This document shows positions 1 to 8,457 of a DNA stretch of 64,000 nt, one piece after another. Both the position numbers and the translations under genes were made by a program. The notes beneath the pieces are model-generated. The model was not told the origin of the DNA, made no database searches, and was given only the letters and a program-made list of their open reading frames with translations. Position 1 is the first letter of the stretch. The number at the start of each line of letters is the position of its first letter. Location: the NCBI GenBank assembly GCA_034521595.1, contig JAXHMG010000003.1, forward strand, positions 1,216,001 to 1,280,000. The letters run 5' to 3'. The stretch is from Gemmatimonadota bacterium (GTDB taxonomy: Bacteria; Gemmatimonadota; Gemmatimonadetes; Longimicrobiales; Gaopeijiaceae).

Positions 1-344
1 TGCGGTCGGCTCCGAGCCTTCGTGCCGAGATTCTCGGCGAGCTCGAGCAGTACACACCGCTGCGGGTGCTCGGCGGAGCCGGTGACTATTTCCGCGTCCA
101 ATTGCCGGATGGAGCACAGGGTTACGTCGCGGCTCGCCTGACGGAGACCGTAGAGCAGCCGGTCGCTGAGGACGCCTCGGCCGTATTCCGCACCGTGCGC
201 ATGAGGCCGCGCGAGGACGCTCCCGTGATGGCAACGTTGGCCCCTGGCGACCCGGTTTCGGTCCTGGGACGCTTCGGAGAGTACCTCTACGTCCGCGGCC
301 CCCGAGGGCGCGGGGGCTGGATCGGAGCCGCATCAGACGAGTAG
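1..344 (+). CDS. C-terminal part of a tandem bacterial SH3-domain protein (5' end lies outside the window)
   Basis: The frame is open from base 3: RSAPSLRAEILGELEQYTPLRVLGGAGDYFRVQLPDGAQGYV, followed by a second repeat VRMRPREDAPVMATLAPGDPVSVLGRFGEYLYVRGPRGRGGWI. Both fit the SH3b pattern. Confidence 0.75.
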   Translation, partial: RSAPSLRAEILGELEQYTPLRVLGGAGDYFRVQLPDGAQGYVAARLTETVEQPVAEDASAVFRTVRMRPREDAPVMATLAPGDPVSVLGRFGEYLYVRGPRGRGGWIGAASDE

Positions 345-378
345 GGGCCTTCCGCCACTAAAGCATGCACCGTCCCGT

Positions 379-418
379 GAAGAAGCCCCCGCAATCCCAA
401 GATTACGGGGGCTTCTTC
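379..418. terminator. Hairpin between convergent genes, probably a bidirectional terminator
   Basis: gaagaagcccccgcaatc-ccaa-gattacgggggcttcttc, an 18-bp stem with one mismatch. Confidence 0.7.
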
Positions 419-516
419 CTGCGACCCATGCGGCCCTAGCAGCCCGTGGTCGGTGCTAACTCCGGCGGGTCATCCGAACACCACTCGCCGGCTGCCTGCT
501 CGTCATACGCAAAGCT

Positions 517-2499
517 TCAGCACGTCAAGCAGTTGTGGTTGTTGATCGCGCCGAGACTCTCCAACAGCTCTACCGTGGCCGGGAACGGAGAAACTCGCTG
601 CACGGGGCCGTTGGCCATATCCACGGTGGTCTGCCCGCGGCGGCTCACTGCCATGATGTCCGCTCCGTGTTCGACGAGGTACAGGATCATCTCGTTGTCA
701 CCACGTGCGGCCGCGTGGTGCACCGCGTTGTATCCGTTGTGATCACGGGCGTTGATGTCCACACCCACTTCTTCAACCAGATACTTGACGGCGGGCATCC
801 ATCCGTTGGGCGTGTGGCGGTGCGCGTTCCCGGCGAAGCCTTCACCGTACCCGACACCGGAAGCGGCATGGATCGGATAGACTGCCGGCTCCCCTTCTTC
901 CACGGGAGGCAGCCCTGATGGGTCGAGCTGATTCTCGAGCACTTCCCCGGCCTCTTCGACGGCATCCAGGAGCTGCTGCTGAAGCACGTCGGGCGAACTC
1001 ATGGCGAAGATCTCTTCGTCGAACCGGTAGCGAATCTCGTCCGGAAAGTCGTCGCGAACCGAGCGGAGGATCGAGAACTTGGCCGAGTCGGACAACGTCT
1101 CGAAGTCCTCGCTCTGCAACTCCTTCACGTTGTCTTGCTCGAGGAATTCCTCTGCGGTACGTCGCTCCCGGGGCTCCGGAGCACGCGTGGCAATGGACGG
1201 GTCGGCGCCATATTCCCTCAACAGGCGCATCGCGTTGACATCGGTAGCGTAGGCGGCCCGGAGGAACGGGGTAGAGCCGTCCGTATCGATCAAGCCGCAG
1301 TTTCGGTTTCCACACCCCGTATAGACCATGTACCACGGGTGCATGTCGATCCGATGGTTCGGATCGGCCCCAGCCTCCAACAAGGCTTCCATGACGTCCA
1401 GATAGCTCGAGCTTTGACGCTCCCGCTGCTGCGGCTGAGGATAGCGGGTACGAGGCTGCCACTTGTTGTTGATGGTCGACCACAACGGCGCGACACCGTT
1501 CAGCGTTGAAGCCGCGTTCGGATCCGCCCCGTGCTCGAGGAAGAGCATCGCCAAATCGAACTGGCCGTTGAGCACCGACATGAGGAGCGGGCTCGTTCCG
1601 TCGGCCGGGCTCAGAAGGTTCGGGTCCGCCCCACCTTCGAGAAGCGCGAGCGCCGCCTCCTGGTGTCCCTGACGCGCCGCGTGCAGGAGCGGGGACAGCC
1701 CGCCCTTCGCCGTGATGGACGGTGGTCCTCGACGACGATAATCGTCCTCTTCTTCTTCTTCCTCCTCCGGCAGCTCTTCCTCGAAAACTTCCCGACCCGC
1801 CTTCACCGCGGCCTGAATCTCTCTCGGCGAAGGCTCACGCGCCCCGTCGCTCGTGAAGGCGGCCAACACGGCATCGCGGCGATCTTCGGCCGCTTCCATG
1901 TACTCGTTCCACTCGACGAGGTCGCGCACGTAGGTCGTCACGTTCGGATCGGCGCCACGGGAAAGCAGCAGCCGGATGACTTCCACGCGGTTTTCCGCCG
2001 CAGCGAAGACCAACGGAGTCTGCTCCCAGTGGCCCTCCACCGCGTTCGGATCCGCTCCCGCATCCAACAGTGCCTCGACCACCGCAACGTCGCCGGCCGT
2101 GGAGGCCATGTGGAGCGCATCGGCCTCCGTCTCGGTCGTTTTCCGGGCTACGTCGGCACCAGCGTCGAGGAGCCAGCGCACCATGGCCTCATTTCCCTCG
2201 CGGGCCGCCACGTGCAACGGAACATAGCCTCCGATGCGGGTGGTGGCATTCAAAGCCGCTCCGGCAGCGCGGAGCACCTCGGCCATTTCCACGTCGTCCC
2301 GCTCGGCCGCCCAGTGCATGGCCGTCATCCCGTCACCCTGAGACGCGTTGACGTCGGCCCCGCTCTGGAGCAAAGACACTACGGTTTCTACATCGCCCCT
2401 CATCGCAGCGTCGGCGACGGGCGATTCGGGCGGTCCCGCCCCCAGGAGCACCGCGAAGCACAACGCGCTCGCGATAGTGTGGCGTAGGCCGACTCTCAT
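517..2499 (-). CDS. Secreted ankyrin-repeat protein of the DUF1592/DUF1552 operon
   Basis: Many ankyrin repeats (GMTAMHWAA, GYVPLHVAA, GLSPLLHAA, GYNAVHHAA). The ATG at 2499 has a GGAGG SD and is followed by a signal-like hydrophobic stretch. An alternative TTG start lies at 2595. Confidence 0.85.
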   Translation of the reverse strand: MRVGLRHTIASALCFAVLLGAGPPESPVADAAMRGDVETVVSLLQSGADVNASQGDGMTAMHWAAERDDVEMAEVLRAAGAALNATTRIGGYVPLHVAAREGNEAMVRWLLDAGADVARKTTETEADALHMASTAGDVAVVEALLDAGADPNAVEGHWEQTPLVFAAAENRVEVIRLLLSRGADPNVTTYVRDLVEWNEYMEAAEDRRDAVLAAFTSDGAREPSPREIQAAVKAGREVFEEELPEEEEEEEDDYRRRGPPSITAKGGLSPLLHAARQGHQEAALALLEGGADPNLLSPADGTSPLLMSVLNGQFDLAMLFLEHGADPNAASTLNGVAPLWSTINNKWQPRTRYPQPQQRERQSSSYLDVMEALLEAGADPNHRIDMHPWYMVYTGCGNRNCGLIDTDGSTPFLRAAYATDVNAMRLLREYGADPSIATRAPEPRERRTAEEFLEQDNVKELQSEDFETLSDSAKFSILRSVRDDFPDEIRYRFDEEIFAMSSPDVLQQQLLDAVEEAGEVLENQLDPSGLPPVEEGEPAVYPIHAASGVGYGEGFAGNAHRHTPNGWMPAVKYLVEEVGVDINARDHNGYNAVHHAAARGDNEMILYLVEHGADIMAVSRRGQTTVDMANGPVQRVSPFPATVELLESLGAINNHNCLTC

Positions 2500-2591
2500 T
2501 CTTCCTCCATTCCCGGTCATGTTGGTGCGCGCTGGGCCCGGCCGCGCTTCGGCGGTCGGACCCAGCCCATGGCTCATTCGAAGAGCTTCGC

Positions 2592-4016
2592 TCAAATGCG
2601 CTCAGCCACTCCGCGAGGCATGCTGAGCGGCAATTCACCCGTGCTGTCACCGAAGCTCTGCATGTCGTCCATCCCCATCCGGTGCATCAGGCTGAGCATG
2701 GCATTCGCCATCGGCGTTCCATCACCGGCCCGGAGGTGCAAGTTGCCATCGAGGATGCCACCACCGTGACCCGCGAAGAACAGCGGGCAACGCCGGTGGT
2801 TATGGATGTTCGCGTCCGACATCGGGGAGCCCCACATCACGACGGATTTGTCGAGCAGGTTCCCGTCCCCGTCTTCCGTGTTCTTGAGCTTTTCGATGAA
2901 GTACGGAAGCTGTCCGACGCGGAACTGGCAGATCTTGTTGAACTCCAGGATCGCCTCTTCCCGGCCACCGTGGTGCGAAGCCGGGTGGAACGGGCGGTCG
3001 GAGCCACTCTCCGGGAACACCCGATTGTCCGCGTCACGTCCGGTCTTGAAGGAGATGACTCGCGTCATGTCGGACTGCAGCGCGAGGACCTGAAGGTCGA
3101 ACATGACCTGCATGTGCTCGGTGAAGGAGTCCGGCACGCCCGCTGGCGCTTCGGGCATGCCTCGCTCGTTCCCCGAGCTATTCTGTGCTTCGATCATCTG
3201 GATTCGCCGCTCGAGCTCACGGACGTCCGTGAGGTACTTGTCCATGCGGACGCGGTCTTCCGCGCCGAGCTGACGTTGGAACGACGAGACCTCGCCGGCG
3301 ATCCAGTCGAGGATGCTTTGGCGAGTGGCGCGGCGCTCCGCGCGATCTTCCGGAGAGGTTCCTGCACCGAAGAGCATGTCGAAGGCGACACGCGGGTCGC
3401 GGATCATGGGCAGGGGCTCGCTCGGAGAGGCCCAACTGACCGCGTCCGTGTAGGAGCACGAGTAGTTGTACGTACATCCACCGGCCGCGTCGAGCTGCTC
3501 GATGCAGAACTGCATCGACGGAAGCGGCGTGTCCTGACCGAACCGCTGGGCGTAGATCTGGTCGATCGACGTACCGACGAACAGGTCCGAGCCCTGAGTT
3601 TGCTTCGGGTGGGACTGCGTCAGGAACACCGCACTGGAACGGAAATGGTCCCCCCCGATCTCCGGAGGAGCGAACGCTTCCGCCATCCGCACGTCGGTGT
3701 TGCTGATGAGCGTCAAGTAGTCCTGATAGGGACGCAGTGAAGCAAGGGCGCTATCCGGGATGATCTCGAAGTCGCGCCCGGTGGTTTCAGGCGCCCAGAG
3801 ATACTGGGTCTCGGCCCAACTGTTACAACCCGCCAGTCCGTGCACTTCTTCGATCGCCACGAACGGGACTCGCTCGGCGGCCGCCGCGGCCGCCCCTTTT
3901 TCACCGCGGAGCCGGCCCGCTGGCACCATCGCGTCGAGGAACGGCAAGGCCACCGAGGCGCCCATTCCCTGGAGGAAGGTTCTGCGATCGAGGTGGCTTC
4001 CAGTGATGAATTCCAT
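2592..4016 (-). CDS. DUF1552 (HXXSHH) domain protein with Tat-type signal
   Basis: N-terminal LDRRTFLQG..ALPFLDAM, HPASHH motif, GGCTYNYSCSY motif; GAGGAG upstream of the ATG. Confidence 0.85.
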   Translation of the reverse strand: MEFITGSHLDRRTFLQGMGASVALPFLDAMVPAGRLRGEKGAAAAAAERVPFVAIEEVHGLAGCNSWAETQYLWAPETTGRDFEIIPDSALASLRPYQDYLTLISNTDVRMAEAFAPPEIGGDHFRSSAVFLTQSHPKQTQGSDLFVGTSIDQIYAQRFGQDTPLPSMQFCIEQLDAAGGCTYNYSCSYTDAVSWASPSEPLPMIRDPRVAFDMLFGAGTSPEDRAERRATRQSILDWIAGEVSSFQRQLGAEDRVRMDKYLTDVRELERRIQMIEAQNSSGNERGMPEAPAGVPDSFTEHMQVMFDLQVLALQSDMTRVISFKTGRDADNRVFPESGSDRPFHPASHHGGREEAILEFNKICQFRVGQLPYFIEKLKNTEDGDGNLLDKSVVMWGSPMSDANIHNHRRCPLFFAGHGGGILDGNLHLRAGDGTPMANAMLSLMHRMGMDDMQSFGDSTGELPLSMPRGVAERI

Positions 4017-4053
4017 GATGTCGATTCTCCTCAACTGAGTGCGCTAGGGACGC

Positions 4054-6492
4054 TTATTGACCGGCTTCCGCGGTCACTGTGGATGCCTGCTTGAGACGGA
4101 ACGCATCGCTCTTGATCACGCCCATGACCAGCGACGCGACCGGATACTCACCGTCTTCCTCCGCTTCCCTCACGATCTTTCGAATCGTGGGGTTGTCGTA
4201 ATACTCCATCCGGCGACCGATGGCGTAGGCCATCAAGTTTTCCGTGAACGTCCTCACCAACGGAAGCGGACGCTGGAGGAGAGCATCCGTCAGATCCGTG
4301 GGTGAGTTGATCGGAGTGCCGTCGTAGAAATCACCCCGCGTGTCCAGGGCGGTGCCGTTCTCGCGAAGCCTCCACTTGCCGGTCACATCGAAGTTGTCCA
4401 GCGCCAGCCCGATCGGATCGATGAGGCTGTGGCAGGAGTTGCAGGTCGGATTCGCCCGATGCTGCTCCATCCGCTCACGGGTCGTCAGCACTCGGCCCTC
4501 GTCGGCCTCGTCGGACGACTCGTCGAGCGTCGGCACGTTCGGTGGTGGCGGTGGCGGCGGAGTGCCCATGAGGACCTCCATGACCCACTTTCCGCGCAGA
4601 ACGGGCGACGTACGGTTGGCGAGCGAAGTCAACACCAGGATGCTGCCGTGTCCCAGCACACCGCTCCGCCCCGACTCCTCGGGGTACTGTACCATCTGGA
4701 AATCGTCGCCGGCTACACCCGGAAAGCCGTAGTGCGCCGCGAGTCGTTCATTCACGAAGGTATAGTCCGCGGTGAACAGGTCGAGCGCGTCCTCGTTCTC
4801 GTCCACCAGATGGTTGAACAACATCTCCGTCTCGCGGTGCATCGCATCCGCGAGGTTCTCGTCGAAATTCGGGTAGAAATTGGGGTCCGGCCTGACCTTG
4901 TATAGATCCTGGAGGCGGAGCCACTGAGCCGCGAATCGCTTGGCCAACGCGTCGCCCCTCGGATCGCCGAGCATCCGGCGTGCCTGCCGCTCCAACTCGT
5001 CCATATCGGACAGGTCACCGGACCGAGCGACCTCCCGCAGTTCGTCGTCCGGGGGACGGCCCCAAAGGAAGAACGAGAGCCTCGACGCGAGGTCCATATC
5101 GTTGAGCTCGTAGACCTCGCCCGAATCGACGTCTTCCGGAGCGCGCTCGAGCCGCAGCGTGAAGAACGGGCTCGAGAGGATCGCCTCCAAGGCGTCCCGG
5201 ACGCCCCGCTCGAAGCCACCCTTCTGCGAGCCTTCCTCGTAGAAGCGCATCAAGCTGGCGATCTCATCGTCTTGGACGGGACGCCGATAGGCGTCGCTCG
5301 CGAGCCGTTCGATGATGCTTCGGGCACACGGGCGCTCCTCTTCCGCCGTCACCGGACGGCAGGTGAAGATGCGCTGGCGCGTGTCCGTCTCGGATACACC
5401 GGTCACGTTCATAGGTCCGACGATGACCAGGTCACGAAGGTGCGGCAGCGTGGTGATTCCGGCACCGCCGGCACCACCACCGGCCATGGACCAGTCATGC
5501 GGCCGCATCAGGTCTTCGTACGGCCCTTCGGTGGCGCGGATGAAGGCGGCCGAGACCTTGTGCTGTCCGGCTCGCACGAACACGGGCTCGGTCCTCTGAG
5601 GTAGAGCACCACGACCGTCCGCGCCGCGTCCGATGCTGGTGTACGCCAGCTTCGCGACCCGTTCGCCATCGATCGAAATGTCGAGATCCTCGAAGGGAGA
5701 GTTGTCACCCGACGCGAACGTCACCTGAAAATAGTACTCCCCGTCCGCCGGGAAGGCGTGTTCGACGACCATTCCGCCGCGAGTCCCGTACGGGGCTCCC
5801 TCGACGCGATCCCAGGGATGCTGCGAGATGTACTCGGAATTCTTGTACGCTTGCTCCACCTCGCCCGCGTCTCGATTGCCCACCGCCATCCGGCTGATGT
5901 CGGCCGCGGCGTTCATGTAGGATTCGAGCAGCATCGGGGAGATGGCCTGCACGTCCGCGATATTGTCGAAGCCAGCGCTGATCTGGTCACTGGGCAACCA
6001 GTTGCTCGCATCGACTTCCAGGCCGAGCAACGACTCGATGGCCCGCTCGTACTCGGGCTGATTGAGGCGCTGGAAGGTGCGGCGCCCCGGAGTCGGATTC
6101 CGCGCGGCCGCTTCGTCGACCACGGACTCGATAGTCTCCACCAGCGTGGTCAACGTGTCTCCGGCGGGCGTCCGGGCCCCCGGAGGAGGCATCATGCCCG
6201 CTCGGAGCTTCCGGATCATGCGCTCGGCGATCTCGGCCTGCTCGTGAGCCCCGGCCACGTCGAAGTCTTCCAGTGACAGATTCCCGGTCATGCGCCGCTC
6301 GCTGTGGCAGCGGACACACGACGATTGGACGACCTCGTTCAGGTCCTCCGACGAAAGGTCCGCGGCGCCGGCTTCGGCGACGGAAACTTCGGGGGCATCG
6401 GAGTCGCGTTGAACGTCGCCCGACATCGTGGTAGTTCCCCATACCACGAGAGACGCGCCCAGCACGACCGAACTGACGGCGAATGTCTTCAT
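4054..6492 (-). CDS. DUF1592/1588/1585/1587/1595 (PSD/PSCyt) planctomycete-type cytochrome c protein
   Basis: Signal peptide; two CxxCH motifs (CVRCH, CNSCH); RLNQPEY, LASRLSFFLW, TSPVLRGKWV and PPPPPP motifs. Confidence 0.88.
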   Translation of the reverse strand: MKTFAVSSVVLGASLVVWGTTTMSGDVQRDSDAPEVSVAEAGAADLSSEDLNEVVQSSCVRCHSERRMTGNLSLEDFDVAGAHEQAEIAERMIRKLRAGMMPPPGARTPAGDTLTTLVETIESVVDEAAARNPTPGRRTFQRLNQPEYERAIESLLGLEVDASNWLPSDQISAGFDNIADVQAISPMLLESYMNAAADISRMAVGNRDAGEVEQAYKNSEYISQHPWDRVEGAPYGTRGGMVVEHAFPADGEYYFQVTFASGDNSPFEDLDISIDGERVAKLAYTSIGRGADGRGALPQRTEPVFVRAGQHKVSAAFIRATEGPYEDLMRPHDWSMAGGGAGGAGITTLPHLRDLVIVGPMNVTGVSETDTRQRIFTCRPVTAEEERPCARSIIERLASDAYRRPVQDDEIASLMRFYEEGSQKGGFERGVRDALEAILSSPFFTLRLERAPEDVDSGEVYELNDMDLASRLSFFLWGRPPDDELREVARSGDLSDMDELERQARRMLGDPRGDALAKRFAAQWLRLQDLYKVRPDPNFYPNFDENLADAMHRETEMLFNHLVDENEDALDLFTADYTFVNERLAAHYGFPGVAGDDFQMVQYPEESGRSGVLGHGSILVLTSLANRTSPVLRGKWVMEVLMGTPPPPPPPNVPTLDESSDEADEGRVLTTRERMEQHRANPTCNSCHSLIDPIGLALDNFDVTGKWRLRENGTALDTRGDFYDGTPINSPTDLTDALLQRPLPLVRTFTENLMAYAIGRRMEYYDNPTIRKIVREAEEDGEYPVASLVMGVIKSDAFRLKQASTVTAEAGQ

Positions 6493-6667
6493 CTAGCTCG
6501 ACTTCCTGAAGGGTTTTCGGAGCATCCGAAGTGTAGGCCGAACCGGTACCCCTTCGCAAGAACGACCGATACCGGCCGAGGTCCGATCTGCCTGCCTATC
6601 AGTGAAGACACGCTTCTTCGCCGAATCGTTTAGAGTCCGATACGAAACCGTATCGCTGGGTCGTAAA

Positions 6668-6707
6668 AAGGGCGCGGTGACACCGTCTTCGGTGTCACCG
6701 CGCCCTT
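6668..6707 (-). terminator. Rho-independent terminator after tRNA-Gly
   Basis: Perfect 18-bp stem aagggcgcggtgacaccg-tctt-cggtgtcaccgcgccctt followed by a T-tract on the minus strand. Confidence 0.85.
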
Positions 6708-6721
6708 CGTCTCGACGTCAG

Positions 6722-6794
6722 AGCGGGAGACCGGGCTCGAACCGGCGACCCTCAGCTTGGGAAGCTGATGCTCTACCAACTGAGCTACTCCCGC
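6722..6794 (-). tRNA. tRNA-Gly(CCC), CCA not encoded
   Basis: Reverse complement GCGGGAGTAGCTCAGTTGGTAGAGCATCAGCTTCCCAAGCTGAGGGTCGCCGGTTCGAGCCCGGTCTCCCGCT forms a cloverleaf with anticodon CCC. Confidence 0.97.
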
Positions 6795-6884
6795 TAGTGG
6801 CGACAATCTAGTGGCGTAGGCGGCCCGGCTCCACCGGGCCGCCCGTCCACTCACGCCGTCGTCGCCTATCGTGGCGTCCGACGC

Positions 6885-8330
6885 TCAGCCCACGGACAGC
6901 TCGTATCCGTACCCCCCGACTTGTTCCGTCGACTGGAACTCGACTTCGAAGAGCTCACTCATCTCGGGCTCGCCGACGCTGATCGTTTCCGTAACCGTAC
7001 CCATCGGGTCCCCGGCGGTGGTGTAGAAGGTAAAGGTCAGCGTCACCTGAGTGCCCGCCTCCAGCTGCTGATTGGCGACCGTTCCCGTCACTCTGGCTCC
7101 ACCCTGGTTGAACCGGAGCATTTGCAGCTCGCCCACCGTCACCTCGAGCTGATCGATCTGCTCGACGAGCTGTCCGGCTGCCGCACCGTCACCCTGCTGG
7201 TTCAACGCCTGCGCATGGATCAGCAGAGCGGCCTGGCTGTTCGGATCGAGCTCCGCCCAACGCTCCGCGACCGGGGGAATCTCGGTGTAGGCCGAATCCA
7301 ACTGCAATGAGCGCGTCCACATCTCGAGTCCGTCACGGTCCATCGGGTTGGCGCTCACGGCCTCTTCGAAGGATTCCGTGGCTCGCTCGTAGGCGCTCCC
7401 CTGGTAGAAACCGACACCGACCTGATAGTACTGCACCGGGCCGAGATCGAGAGCCGGGTCCTCGAGCATCTCGTCGTAAATCGCGAACGCCGCAGCCTCG
7501 TCACCCGTCTGGAGCCGGGTCGCTGCGAGGTTCATGGCGATGGAAACGTCGGACGGATTCTCCTCCCGGAGTCGTGCGAAGATCTCGGCGGCCTCTTCGA
7601 ACCGGCCGGCGTCGGAAAGGATCTGCGCACGCAGAAGCGGCACGTTGGACGTGAGGTCCTGCCAAGCCGCCATCGTCTCTTCACCGAGCTCCTCGGGATC
7701 CGCGTCTTCGACGATCTCGACGCCACGCTCCAGGTTCTCCAGCGCGTCTTCGTGGCGGCGCATCTGTCCGTAGAGCTGGCCAAGGGTGATGAAGGCCTCG
7801 GGCCGGTGGGGATAGACGGCGTTCGCGTCCTCGAAGACTTCGGCTGCCGCTTCGTAGTTACCCTCATTGATCAGCGGCATGCCCTGGTTGTAGAGCTCGA
7901 TCCACATCTCTTCGCGAAGCTGGACGTCCTCCATCTCGTAGAGAGGATACAGCTCGCCCGCACGGTCGAAATGCTCGCCTGCCTGCTGATAGTTCTCGAG
8001 CCCGAGATGCGCGAGCGCGGCGAGGCGGTGCCCGAGTGGGTTCTCCGGATCCGCGTCGATCTCGGCCTGGGCCGCGTTCAAGGCGTTCTGGTACAGCCGC
8101 TCGGCCTCCGATCCCTCCGCGTCCTCTGCTGACTCGAGAAGATCTTGGGCCTGGTTGGTGTTCTCCGTCTCGCTAGGCGGCACACCCTCTTCGCCGGAGA
8201 GCTCGGACATCGCTGCCGCGAGGCCCGTGGGGCCATTGCCACCACCGCCGCCGCCGCCACCACCGGACGCACAGCCGGTGAGACCGAATCCGAACGCTGC
8301 TGCCAGGACGAGTCCATAGCGGATCTTCAT
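6885..8330 (-). CDS. TPR-repeat lipoprotein with C-terminal beta-rich (FxLYD/Ig-like) domain
   Basis: Lipobox LTGC, poly-Gly linker, helical TPR-like repeats, beta-strand C-terminus (ARVTGTVAN..VTLTFTFY). Confidence 0.75.
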   Translation of the reverse strand: MKIRYGLVLAAAFGFGLTGCASGGGGGGGGGNGPTGLAAAMSELSGEEGVPPSETENTNQAQDLLESAEDAEGSEAERLYQNALNAAQAEIDADPENPLGHRLAALAHLGLENYQQAGEHFDRAGELYPLYEMEDVQLREEMWIELYNQGMPLINEGNYEAAAEVFEDANAVYPHRPEAFITLGQLYGQMRRHEDALENLERGVEIVEDADPEELGEETMAAWQDLTSNVPLLRAQILSDAGRFEEAAEIFARLREENPSDVSIAMNLAATRLQTGDEAAAFAIYDEMLEDPALDLGPVQYYQVGVGFYQGSAYERATESFEEAVSANPMDRDGLEMWTRSLQLDSAYTEIPPVAERWAELDPNSQAALLIHAQALNQQGDGAAAGQLVEQIDQLEVTVGELQMLRFNQGGARVTGTVANQQLEAGTQVTLTFTFYTTAGDPMGTVTETISVGEPEMSELFEVEFQSTEQVGGYGYELSVG

Positions 8331-8375
8331 CCTTGGAACCTCCATTGGGTCGTGTTTCAGGGGGCAAGACCGGAT

Positions 8376-8404
8376 AACTTAGAACGCCGCTCGCGCGGCG
8401 CCAA
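8376..8404 (-). promoter_or_regulatory. Putative sigma70 promoter of the TPR lipoprotein gene
   Basis: TTGGCG-17 bp-TAAGTT on the minus strand. Confidence 0.45.
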
Positions 8405-8457
8405 GGGTACGCGACCCGGCCGTCTCATCCTCGAAGGGATGCAAGGAGCTTGCCGGC

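Noticed and set aside
6493-6660. Possible riboswitch upstream of the DUF1592 operon (short hairpins such as cgatacg-aaac-cgtatcg)
   Set aside because: I recognise no aptamer consensus and see no expression platform; an Rfam scan would be needed.
345-6794. Genomic island integrated at tRNA-Gly carrying the DUF1592 operon
   Set aside because: I saw no integrase, no duplicated tRNA 3' end and no evident compositional shift.
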